A stretch of 64,000 bases of DNA from Tubiluchus corallicola (lineage: Eukaryota > Animalia > Priapulida), in NCBI GenBank assembly GCA_030141605.1, contig JAQGDQ010000191.1, positions 349,131 to 413,130 of the forward strand, written 5' to 3'. This document shows positions 1 to 29,764 of the stretch, piece by piece. Each line of letters starts with the position of its first letter. The first letter of the stretch is position 1. The notes below the pieces were generated by a model. The model made no database searches, had not been told where the DNA came from, and saw nothing but the letters and a program-made list of their open reading frames with translations. Position numbers and translations under genes: made by a program.

Positions 1-1249
1 GCATGAGAAGGTGATAGTGATAATAAATTATCCTGTAAATCTGATTAATTATTCTCAAATTTATTTGAGAAAAAAAATTTGGACTATGACTAGTATGAGT
101 ATGATGTAGGTTACGTTACTGTTAGTCCCAGTGGCGGTTCAAAGTTAAGAAGAAAGTTACCGTTAAAGTTAAAAAGCCGTGTCTTTTATAAGACTGTAAG
201 TACAGTATTACTACTGTAAAAGCGTTCGCCTTATACATAGTAAGGCCAAAAATCTCTGTTAAAGTGCAACAGCGGTTGTTGTGAGGTTGTAGCGCAGGCA
301 ACAATAATTAACTGTCATGTTATTTTGTCTATTAATGTTATGTTTATATTTATCTCTTTACAGTACACATTTATTTATGAGCAAGCCTGATATACTCTAG
401 AGTATACTGTCAGTTAAATTAATCTGCTCGTGTGTTGCTATGTTTCAAATTGCATTGTTTTTTATTTGCATTACATGGTTTAGTTCTTGCTGATTAATGA
501 ATTATCTAAATTTAATATTTCTTTGAATAAATTGTCATCATAATCATTATGATACCAAAATTTGCTCCAAAATGTTAGCAGACATTAGGGGGCAGTTCTA
601 CTTTATTTTGATTAAAAGCTCATTATGTTTTGTTACTGTACATAATTACCATTGCATGATTTATTTGCTATGTTTTTCCTACTGCTTGAAATTCATTAAT
701 TACTTTACAGCTTTACATTGATTGGTCACTTGAAATTTTACTGCTTCGTTTTATTTTGTTTGATTTCACAAGAAGCATGCTTCACTTGTAATCTTAATAT
801 CTTCGCAGAATAAGGATAGTTTAACTTGATGATCGCTTTCAGGCTTTCACCATCCTTTTTCCGCATTTCAGCAACTTATTATTGTACTAATTTATAATGT
901 TTGGTTATACTATGTAAGTAAACTATATCTGAATCTAAATCTAAAGCTATGGTAACCATATAAATTACCATTTTTTTCTTGTATTTTATGTTTGATGGTC
1001 CACTGATTTCTGTATAGATTTTCAGAAATCTGATACATAAATGTACGAGCTACTTCGATGGGCTTATGTGCATGCATGCACAGTAGTTGCAGTATATGAC
1101 TAACTTTAATAGTTATCATTTGTAGTTTTTTATGGCTTTCATCTTGCTTTTAGGTTTTGGAAAGCTGTTAGCTATTTCCTTCCCCAGCTTTGATAATGGA
1201 AATGGTAAAGATCTACTAACTATTTGAGACTTAACTTTCGGATTGCCAA

Positions 1250-12134
<10,885 letters not shown>

Positions 12135-14287
12135 CTCAAGTTTCAGTAGCAGTGGAGAAACAACAGTGTTAAAGTGGTACCCGTTACTTCACTTTTAATG
12201 TCAACGATGTATCACCCAAGTATTTGTGGAGTTTTTCACAGGAATGTCATCAACGTCATGTAATACAGTCTAAAGTGTAAACTTTTAAACTTTCTTTACT
12301 CAAAATACAAAGATAAGTATTATTTTTTACTGTTAAATTGTGTTTTTTAAGTTTTTGTTTGCCGTTACTATACTTGCTTTGTCGTGATATATATATATGT
12401 TGTTTTCTTTTTTGAGCTCTTATAAAGTGCTTTCATTTACAATTCTGTGCGATACCTGCAATCCAAACAAACTTTCTATTTAAGCAAAGGTGGTTAAATA
12501 AGGCAAAGTGAATTATTGTAAAAAATGTATTGTCGGTCTGGTTACTATTAAAGAGTCTTGGTGTTCTTCTGAGTGTTGAAAGTCTTCTTAGCCTTTAGTA
12601 GTGCACTTTTAGGTTGCTTCTGAAATGACTAGTCAATTATGTAAGTAAATTTTTTAGGACTTCGCTTATTGAATGCTGATTTAGCTATAAAAATAATACT
12701 CCAAGGTACGCCCTATATTGTAAAACTGTCACATCAGCAGCAAGAGAACAAATCGTCATACTGGATTACATTAAATAGTTTTTAACTACCATATTGCCAC
12801 GAATCTCATGATAATCATGAATTTCATCGTCGTCTTAAAGTTACAAAATATTTGCTGATACAGTGTGCCATACCATCATATGTGCGCTATTTTAGCTGAA
12901 TAACGAACAGTGTTTAATAAATGCAATAATAACTGCTTGTTTATTGTTTCCTTGTTCTAATAGTTAGCTTTTCAAATAAATAAGGCAGGTTAATGGCATT
13001 ACTTTCTCCAAAAAAATTTTGCTCGAAAAAAGTTTTATGTAGCTGACGTTGTAAGCAAATATTAATACTTTCAAACTTATTTTCAAAACAGTATGACTTT
13101 TCTGTTGAAAATACATTTATAACTTATGTTAGTTGAATACTAATTTTTGTAGATGGAGCCATAAGTTGTGTAAGCAGTGTAGTACGCCATGCATAACTTA
13201 CTGTTCACTAGAATTGCTATTTACCATTCACGAGTTCCAGTGCGTATTTTAAAAATTGTCTATTGTCAAACTTGATGGAACTGACCATTTTTTATGTATT
13301 CTAAGCATTCTGTGAGGCTTTCTTGACTTGAATATAGATCTCTTTAGTGATCTTTGTCTTAGATGTGTAGCAATAATCAATATTATAATGCAATTTTGAA
13401 ATTTTGTTTAGCTGATGAAATCACTGTTGCTTTACGCACAAAATTTGTCTGTTTGGTGTTGCATTCCTATAAATTTTCTATAACGTTGTATATGTAGCTA
13501 TAGCATCACTCACTTAAACAGCTTTAAACATTTTTAATGATTCATGGTACATGTGTAGAATGACATGCATATAGGCCTATGATTTCTTCAAATTTTGGAA
13601 ATTTTCTGAGAACAAAAAACATTGAGTTAAGAATCTGATTTTAAAGTTAGATTTAAGATCAACTTGATCAAACCTTAAACTTTTCTTCATACTATTTAGT
13701 ATTATTAGATTTTAAAATCTTGTAATTATTTATAACAATAAATTTTTGTTACATTATAATATAGTGTCACTGTAAGTGATAACTTTTGAGGGTTTGCAGT
13801 GTAAGTTACAGGATTGTTAGAAGTCAGTGCCAAATGTGTGAACAATGGTATTTACAGAAATTGAATCATTTTGTTGTAAACTTGATTATCTGTTTTGGTC
13901 ATATTTTATATTTATACATAATAACATTTATACAAATTGATGTGTTTTGCTGTGATAAATAAATAAAGAAAAAAATCTAATAATTTTGTCTTTTGTTTGC
14001 ATTACTGAATAACTGGTCATAATTGAGGTGGGCTTAAAGTTTGTATAAAAAGTAATTACAAAAGCTCAGCTTCTGTGTTACTTTGGCAATTATTTATCAA
14101 GCTCGTGCTGTTCTTTTTATTAACAGTCTGTGTTACTCGTTTCTCCTGTGTCATTAAATGAGTCACTGGAACTGGCTTTTTAATTTTGTGTACCATATCT
14201 GCACCAGAATGACCGGACTTTAAAGATTTTCTTCATAAAAAAGTGGTCGATAAATTATGTAGATCTGAAAACTGTTTATTTCTAAAA

Positions 14288-14332
14288 CCAATCGTTAGAT
14301 GGCACTACATCATCAAAGCGTAGTTTCACGTG
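14288..14332 (+). promoter_or_regulatory. Putative proximal promoter of SRM paralog 2 (CCAAT, AGATGGC and E-box CACGTG)
   Basis: CCAAT at 14288, AGATGGC at 14297 and CACGTG at 14327-14332, within 100 bp of the ATG. Confidence 0.4.
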
Positions 14333-14388
14333 CTAGACAGTAGAGTGGGAAGTACTGTACCTGCCATCCTGAACTTAAAATTGTAAAG

Positions 14389-20345
<5,957 letters not shown>

Positions 20346-23319
20346 CATTGGATGGAACTCACCTTGGGTACATAAAAACACTATATAACTGTGAAGTTCC
20401 AAAACTTGCAGATCACGTTGCAGGATCAATGAGATAAGGCAGCTCGTGCTTAAAGCCACATGCAGTTAAAAGAATCAATTTTAAAGTGATTATATTTTCT
20501 CTGTTACATATATTGTATGCCTTGTTTTTATAGAGTGACAACTTGTGTATGTGTAATAGCTTATTACGCATAGTTGCAATTCTAAATCTGTGTACTTGTG
20601 TGATAATTTGTGAGACGAAAGCATTCCTTTATAATGTGGCAGTTTAATCGTGAGACCAATTATTCAGTGAAAAATTATTGTGATTTCAGCTTTTAGTTTA
20701 CTTGTAAAAATAGGCCGATGCAAAAACAGAAGTGATTCTATTCAAGCTGATATGCTTATAGATATATACCCCCTTGGGCACTACATTTGGGTAGGATATT
20801 CGATATATTTGTTATTTAGACCCAAAAATTTGATCAAACCTAAAATTCAGAAGCGATGTTTTTGTCTTGACATTAATGCAGCTGAAAGAATAATTACCAT
20901 TATCTGATTAACCTATCAGAATTATTATAGATACAATAACAATGCAGAGCTAGTCGAATTAAGATAGAAGCTCAGGACACACTATGCAGAATCGGCCTTT
21001 GAATTCTCCAAAAAAAAAGTTGCATAGATATGAACGCTAATTTGAGAAATAGTCGAAGAGCATTGCAATTGACTTTGTATAAAGATGTAACAAAACAAAT
21101 AAGTTTCACATATGACAGAAATTGTCTGTAATGAGCATTTTCCAATTCGTACACAGGTACAGAATTATGCGGAATCCAGCATATAGATGTTTTCTTATAG
21201 TTTTCTCTTGATATAATCACAAAGTTAAAAAATGAATGATGTAACAACAGAATTGGTGCAACAACATTTTCTTTATTTATACATGGCATACTGCACAACA
21301 AAGCGAACAAAGACAATGAAATTACGACCAACAGAAAAGATACAACATCTTTTCTTCATTTGCACATGGCGTGCAATATTACCTCAACACTGGCACTAAT
21401 TGTGTACACAAAATGCACTGGTCATGTCAGTTATAATGACAAGAAATTATTTGCCAACTTTGGTGGTGCTTTCGAGTTAACCCTAAATTATAATACCACA
21501 AAAGTGAATAAATTGGTTCTCAGGCAATATACAACTTTGCAGCTTTCATGACTTGAACCTTGCTGGAAAAAAGTCAGTCCATATTTTACTTGTAAAATTT
21601 TCCTCATTAAGTAGCAGTAATATATCACGTTAACTGCTCGAGAAACGTGCAAAAGTGGAAGTACCTTTTCTGTTTCCAGTATCATATAGGTTCTGTGGCA
21701 TGGTTTGCAAGCGTTTGTAGTGTGTTAAGGAAAATGCACAATCCCTTTTGCCAATTACTTTTTTCCAAGTAAATCATCGTCTTTTTTGAGTGTCCAAGAT
21801 GCAATTTTTTTAACTTTTTGCAGCCATGTAATAAGTAAATGATGCTAACAAATGCTACTGCTTACCTGTTTCACGAGAAATCACCTGAAAACTTACCGTC
21901 TTGAAACCCTTGTAAACTCTGAAAATAAAATGCCGATGAGAAATGAAAACCAAGTTATTATTCAATCACATTCACTACAGATGCTCTCGAATATCGCGAC
22001 AAATTTTCTTCAGATACAGAAACCAATTCTTTGTACACTCGCAGACACCAAAGCTCCTGCACAAGTAATGCTCTTCTTTTATTAGAGTGATCATCTTGTC
22101 AAGTAGCAAAATAGGTTCAAACATCCAGCTTGGTCAAATAATTTGCAGACAAATATTTGGCAAATGTTCAATCCAATCAGTAAGCACTTTGTGGTTTTAC
22201 AGCATTTTTGATAGTCGTCTCTCCCACGCAATACTTACTCCTATACCAGTACGTCATGATGTACAAAATCACACCCAATCTATCCAATAATTTTGGTTGG
22301 CATATCAAAATGTTTCTAAGCAGTCAGACTACATTTTTTACACAATTTCCAGGAAAAATATAGGAAGGCCGGTATTTTAGATTTTCAGTATGCACCATTC
22401 TTTTTTTTTGTGATCACATCTTAATTCCAACATAATAATCAATGAACACTATGAAACAGAATGCAAAGAAGAAATATTTTAGGAAGGGTGGGCCTACTGT
22501 GATCCCCCATGGTCAAGTACAAGTAAATCTAAACAATTTATACACTGCCAGCTTTTTTTCTTAACAATTTTGCATCAAACTCATCTTCCGTAAGACGCTA
22601 TACATACAGAAATTCCGAGCTTCTTGCATGATTTTGCACTGCGTGTCACTTCTCAACAATCAAATCCACATGCAGAATTTCATTCGTGTCTTGAAGGAAA
22701 TTTATTTATTAACACATACATCATACAACCAGTACACACAAAAGAAGACAGTAAATCTTACTAAAATACAGACAACTGCAAGAAGACCAATTACTCTTAT
22801 GTAGGTCTCTCATTCATTTGTGAACAATTCAAACATCGATAAAGTGCGCGCACACACAACTAGGACATACAGAATGTTCTCAGCGCATAACAAAGTTTTG
22901 ATTACAACTTGACAGCCTGTATTTGAAAATTAGGTGATGACACGGCACTTAGCAGATCATTTATAAATTCGTTAAGTGGTAAAGTTTGCTATCAAACAAA
23001 AACATAGCCACTCTTAAACTTACAACGAGTTATGGTAATTCAAAGTAAATAGTTTTATTCAATCCTAAGGATGTAGAAATGAGTGAGTAGTAATATCTAA
23101 ATATTTACACCACATCAGAAAACGCGCCTCACTTTGACAAAACATTGCCAATTTTCTCACATCAAATTTAGGCATTCTAATAATATCGACTATAACATCA
23201 TACGTTAATAATATTATAAATCACTGCTTATCGACTAAGCATGAAAAGTTGGAAAATTTACAAAGCCAATAGTAAGAAATGTTATGTAAGGTATAATAAT
23301 AATAGATCAAATTTAGGAA

Positions 23320-26300
23320 CTAATTCCACCCAGGAGATTGTTTGGTGGCACCCCATCCTGGGCCACTACTTTGACTATCTCCAGTAGCCCCCTGCTGCCA
23401 CCCCAAGGAACCCCCATAACCTCCGCCGCCGCCACCACCTCCAGGATAACTACCATGACCACCATCTTGGACAGGCCCACCTTGGCTTACCCCACCACCT
23501 TGGCTTGGAACCACCCCACCTTGCTGTTGTTGCTGCTGAGCTGCCATGCCTAACAAATTTCCCCAAGGGCTGTTTGGTTGACTAAGAGCTGCTGTTGCGG
23601 CAGCCAGCATGGCCGGAGTTAACAAGTTATTCATAGCTAATGCTCCCATTGGATTGTTTGCCATACTGCTCATTCCACTTTGATTAGGCTGGCCACCGCC
23701 TCCTCCACCCATGTTCTCATTTTGATACTGCCAGCCTCCATTTCGTGCACCACCCCTTCCAGAATCATCAAACCCTCGTCCACCGCCTCTTCCACTTCTC
23801 ATATCTCGTTCTCTGTCTTTCTGTTTAGGCTCGGCACTGCTCACGTGCACACTTATACCTGCAATAACATCAGCTGTTTTATTATATATGCAATACACAG
23901 TGCCATTTAAATTTTGTTTTATGTCTTAGACACTTCTGCATGCATTGCTGTATCCAACTTACAATATTTGACACTCCATAAGTAATTTTAGTGGTAATTA
24001 CCTTCAAAGAATAGTTAAGCGTCAGAGCTAGACATGTGTTACAGCAGCAGCTAGAAAATACCTACCGCCATTATCTTAGCATGCGTTTCCAACTTGGCTT
24101 CAGTAGTTGGGATATTATGTTCGAACTTGTACATAATTTAGTTTTACAGCAATATCGTTCGAAAGCTATCTCAGGACTTTCTATATATATGCACTAGCAT
24201 TTTCATAATCGACTAATTGGATATTTAAGCTGTTTCCATAATCTATTATAAATGTTTTTTTTTGCAACTTTACAAGAAAGCAGTCCCATGCCAAAAAAAC
24301 ATATTCATGTTAGTGAGACATATTCACGTTTAAGTTGTGATGACAGACCGTTAAGTTACTGCACAAAAGGAGAGCCATATTACTTAATTTTATTGCAATA
24401 ACAGTTATATTTCTCTGGAAAGAAAGTTGAAATGGTATTAATAACAGAATCGATTTGCATGAGCAAATGAAAACATAACTGATGATCACAAATAAAAGCC
24501 CAAATCGATTGATGAATCACATCACTAATATGCACTAATGTATCTGTTTGTGTTGACAAAATCTGTGCGTTTTCTAAATGATACAACAGTTTCCTGATTA
24601 AACACTGATCCTGTAATTAATAATTGAACATCAGTAACTGAAAAACGTGGCTAGCAGGTAAAATTGCATTGCAGGTAGCACTACTAGTTGCTTTCAGGAT
24701 ACTTTTATACTTTTTTAAAATTTCATGGTGCCAGTTTGGGAAATTCGGACGATAAGCCTTCCACCATTAATGAATGATGCAGTCAAATCAAAACAATATG
24801 AAGCAAGGTTAAACTGACCAATGACTTTACATAATAAATACAATCTGCATAAAACACTAAGTTCAATTGTAATTTTTTCAAATACAAAATCTCAAAATTG
24901 GATTAATATAAATTACAGATTTTTGAAAAAGAATGTTTTCTAAGGAAAAACCAAAGAAAAAGTAAATTTTAATATTTCCGAATGTATGAAGAATTGAGAA
25001 ACAAAAAGAAACTTGAAGAGAAAACTACACAGATCAATAAAAATATGATTCTCAATAGTAACGCTGATTACCTTTAATAATGTGATCTTCTCCTGTTAAA
25101 CGCTGAGCAACCTCAGGATGCATTAGTGTCACGAACGCAAAACCACGGAAAGGTTTCGGAATAAATACATCAGTACATTCATCATATTTGGAGAAGTAGT
25201 TTCGTAAATCCTCTTGGGATATATCTTCGGTCAATCGGCCAACGAAGATTTTTCGCAGTCCAATCGGGTAATTGCTTTCCTGCTAACAAAAGTTGATTAA
25301 TTTTAATCTTAATATTATAGTGCAGTGCAACTTAAAAAGGTTTCCTCTGAAAATAATAATGGGGAATATTTTATTGATGCATAACAGTGCCAATTTTGAA
25401 CAAGGTTATACATTAAAATTGTCCAATTTATTAAACTGAAATTTACAATTACTCAAAGAACACCAATGAAGGTTTGCTACATGTATCTTACTCGTGAGTT
25501 GGGAATGCGAACTTCACACCACCGCCCATCGATACAGTGTCGTTGTGACAGCACTTTATTCTGTGATTCAATGTCTGCAAATCTTACAAAACCATATCCC
25601 TTCGACTGACCTGTCTTCAAATCTTTTTTAATCTATATAAACAGAAATCAAATAATCACTCATCATCTATTCCCTGTTGTAATTATTTACTGCAAAAACT
25701 ATGTAGTCCGTGAAATTTGTTCTAAAACTGAAGTACTGGATCACAGCATCAGTACAGCCTCACTGACATTAGCAACTGTGTAGTCAGCCTATTTACTACC
25801 CGTGTTTGCTATGACAATTTCACACTGCTTATGAAAGGAACAACAGGCACTGTTGTTGCTGGTTAGCAAAGTATTTGGTAAAATCCAGTTATGCACAAAT
25901 CGTAATAATCAAATTCAATGTGCAAACACACCTGACAAAGCACAACTTCCCCAAACTGCTCAAAGTACGCTCTGACATCTTCATCTGAAGATTTCCATGG
26001 TAGTCCAAGACAGATCAGATCCGTGGCTTTTGTGCTATAACCTTCCTCCATCTTTTTTGTTTTGGCAAGTGAGTTCTCCAGGTTGTCGTCCATTTTTCTC
26101 TTGTTTTCTAGAAAAAACATGGTCCGACAGGTGTTAGAATAAAGATGTACCTAACATTTATTTCAACATGCTAGACATGCATAGTTCAGATCACATAAAT
26201 CAGCAAGCAACTGTCTTAGGAACAAAAATCCACTTTTTGTGTTCAAATTGGACAGACTCTACAACCAGATATTATCTACCTGAAAATCGCAAAACTGAAA

Positions 26301-27321
26301 ACTTATTTTTATCATAATCTTTTAATTGTTGTTGACGATTCTTTTCATTTTTATTAGAACAGAGAGCGAGAAGGAAGAAACTACAGAATTAATGTCAGAG
26401 ACCTAGAATCTGGTTTATCAAAAATAAGACAGTGTACACGACTGATGGTACATGAACATACTTTATCCCTCCCCACCAAAAAAACATATTTTCTATAATT
26501 TCACAGCAAGGTGAATTGAATAAATATCCTGTCCTTATGTCAACTTACTACCAACTCCCTACCAACTTACTACCAAAATACAACAGCAAAATTATTAATT
26601 AAACCATCTAATGTGAAATAATAGTTCTTGGTCAACCAAAAATAAAAAAATGGAATGATTGTAGCTGAGAACTACTGCAATTACCAGATAACTGTTTTTG
26701 CACTCGAACATAAATTTTCATCCCAGTTTCTTGAAATTTTTTAAATAAAACTGACTCACAATCAATGATAGATGAACCAGTGAAATTGCAGATGTGTCTC
26801 AGCCATGTTACTCTCTGTGTATGTAGTATACATCCTCCCACTGCTAGGCAAATATCCAAAGTTTACGAATTTGTGATGCCACGTGGCCACATGAAAATGC
26901 CTGTGGCCTATCCACTCAGCCATAAATCTTACCACGAAGTGCGAAAAATGAATCCAAGTTAAATAGTGGAAACCCCGATTTAGCAAATAAAAAATCACCC
27001 CATTTTATATTGTAATACTGAAATTACACAAATATAATTCATTGATTGTGGGTGCATGACAGAGCAAATAATAAATTATTCACCTTTTGGATATACTACA
27101 ATATAAACATTACAGCCCCAATCGCCTTCTGGTGCATGGAAACGTCCATCAACTAAGCGAATTCCTCGAAGAGTATTTGTATCCGGGTTCCTGTACTTCA
27201 TACCGGTAGCTCCTGGAAACTGTGCAGTTAACGTTGTCAAGAGAAGTGTGTAATCATCTTCTATTGGCATTTCAATTGGCTCGTCATGCTCAAATTCAGC
27301 TATCTGTATATAGTGCGACAT
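23320..27321 (-). CDS. TARDBP: TAR DNA-binding protein 43 (TDP-43/TBPH ortholog; 5 coding exons, about 433 aa)
   Basis: Exons 27321-27084, 26107-25932, 25632-25492, 25279-25072, 23858-23320. N-terminal domain ([26 protein letters not shown]), bipartite NLS KRKMD..KTKK, RRM1 ([17 protein letters not shown]), RRM2 ([18 protein letters not shown]), Gly/Gln/Asn-rich C-terminus. Confidence 0.96.
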
Positions 27322-29700
27322 TGTCAAATTTCGTTTGACGCAAGACCTAAATGAAAAAGAAAAAACGGCTCTAAGTCTAAAATAACAAAAAACAGGCTAC
27401 AAAGCACATACATATATAACTTTGGGCTAAAATTTACAATCCTCCACCCACAAGAAATTAGTTCGTGAAGTGGATTAGGATTAGGGTTGGGTTGGAGTTA
27501 GGGTATTTAAAATGTATGATTGCCTTAGGACAATGAATGAAGAAACTGAAGATAAAACAATTTATAATTATTTTTAAATGTTGATAAGTGTTCAAGTAAG
27601 TATGCAAAAGGCAGCTACCACATATAAAAAAAAGATTTGACGTAGACACTGAAGTGGACCTTTGGAAGTTACTCCCTAGTAAACAAGTAACCTATAATTG
27701 AATGGTAGTTTGTATACACACAAAAAAATTCTATATTAATGCAAGAGCAACCAAGTTAGATATTTTGCTATAATGCCAATACTCAAACAGTTGCAGCACA
27801 TTCTTCCAAAGCTGATTAAAAAGTGATTAGAACACATTACAGTAAGTGATGCTAAATAAGACTTGTGTTATGCTTTTGCTGGAGATCTCAGGATCTCTAC
27901 ATCACTTTTGGATAAATGGAATAAACTGAAGACATTAAAATCTGAGCGTGAAAAATAATTTTGGGGCTTTGAAAGATCTTCATAGCACAGAATAGCACTA
28001 AAATTTGCCAAAATTGTTGCGCAATCTACAGAACGCTCACATACATTTACCGTACAGCAGAACTTTAATAGGTAAAGCTTTATTCAACAACAGATGACTT
28101 CAAGAAAACTATTACAAAACAAGGAGATATTTTTATTCTTGCTTACCATGTATTCATTAAAGGCTTTCACGTAGAGATGAATTTTTCAGAAATGAAACTA
28201 ATTCATTGAGTGATTATAATTGTAATTATAATTGTCGATTTCAATTTGGCTTTGTACAAAAGCTTAAGAATAACAAATCTATTAAAAATCTGTTTGTCTA
28301 GTAGTATCTATTAATCTAAAACAACGATAAAACTATTATCAGAGTATGGTACATTATCATTTACGTGTATTATACAATTATTCTGTTAGAATTTTAAACT
28401 TTGCTTAAAATCTATAACAATTAAACACAGCACAAACATTTCAGAATAGTAAATCCATTATCTCTTTGTTTATCTAGTTTATCTACTAAGTACCTATAAA
28501 ACTATTATAAACGCATGACATTAGATATATGCGATAAAATTATTCAGCTTGTCTAAGACTAATGTTTTAATATGCTGTCATTTTTGTATATGTCAATAAT
28601 GCTGTTGGAATACTCATCCTAATCTTTTAATAAGCTTGAGCTTAGTGTTCTCAGCTATACTGAGCAAGTGCAGTATAAAACTATAAATTCTATAAGGCAA
28701 CAAGCTATGATGCACTTAAGTAGCTGGCTACCATGTATACAGACACGTTATGTAATGCACATACTGAACTGACAGAGATTTTGTTTCAAAATTCCCTGAT
28801 TTCGTAAATTCCGATTTGTGATATTTGTTTCCTATTCTATTTTTTATTTTACTTTGAAATCACCAATTTTTCAATGCAAACTTTTCTTAACTCTTGCAAC
28901 CATTCTATTTCACTGTTAATGTAACAATTTTTAATTAGTCATTATTAGCTCCCCCAACGAGATGACAGTTTCATCGCTGGTGGTTTGCTTGTTAGTTACC
29001 AAGATTATACACTGAAAACTCACCTTTAGTCCTATCCATATCACAATAAACATGAGAGTTCAGCAGTTTTAACCGTGTGTGTTTGTTTTAATGATTACAA
29101 AATTAATCTTAAATGTTTGTCTACTATAATATGTTTATTAATATATATTATGGCATTGGGAACTATGCAAATATACTATACAGCTCTACAGCTGTCTAGT
29201 AGGTAATAGTATATATTGTGGACCTGCCTTTGAAAAGCGATTGTTTTGTAACAATCAGTTATATTGTACACTAAGGAAGAATATGGGCAGACAACAGAGT
29301 AGCAATACTATTTGATACAATGTGCAATTAAGGAACTATTGGTTTGGATTCATTTACTACATTACAGACAAATGTAAAAACAGGATTTGCTATATACATT
29401 ATAATTAAGGTACCTGATACAACAAATTAGAAAGCATACAAACAGAAGTACTAGCAAAAATTTTATGCCAAAAAGATAGTACACCATATTGGGGCATGTT
29501 AAGTGAAACAAAAACCTGACCATTGATTTGTAGGGTAGACAAAAAATTAATGTATTATCATCTGTTAATGAACTCAAATGATGAAAGAATGGCAAAACAA
29601 GTTCCAAAAGTGCAAATAAATAATAACTTCAATAAATGTTGATATTCAGAAATCAAACACATCATGAATAAATATAATATTGATATATATATCCACTGTA

Positions 29701-29713
29701 CACACGCACGCAC

Positions 29714-29760
<47 letters not shown>
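29701..29760. repeat. Compound (CA)n/(TA)n microsatellite
   Basis: Directly visible. Confidence 0.9.
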
Positions 29761-29764
29761 CAGT

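Noticed and set aside
14299-14343. uORF MALHHQSVVSRARQ upstream of SRM paralog 2
   Set aside because: It overlaps promoter-like motifs and probably starts upstream of the TSS; it cannot be placed in the mRNA.
23338-23910. Plus-strand ORFs overlapping TARDBP (also ORFs antisense to SRM and MTHFR exons)
   Set aside because: Antisense shadows of real exons with no recognisable domains.
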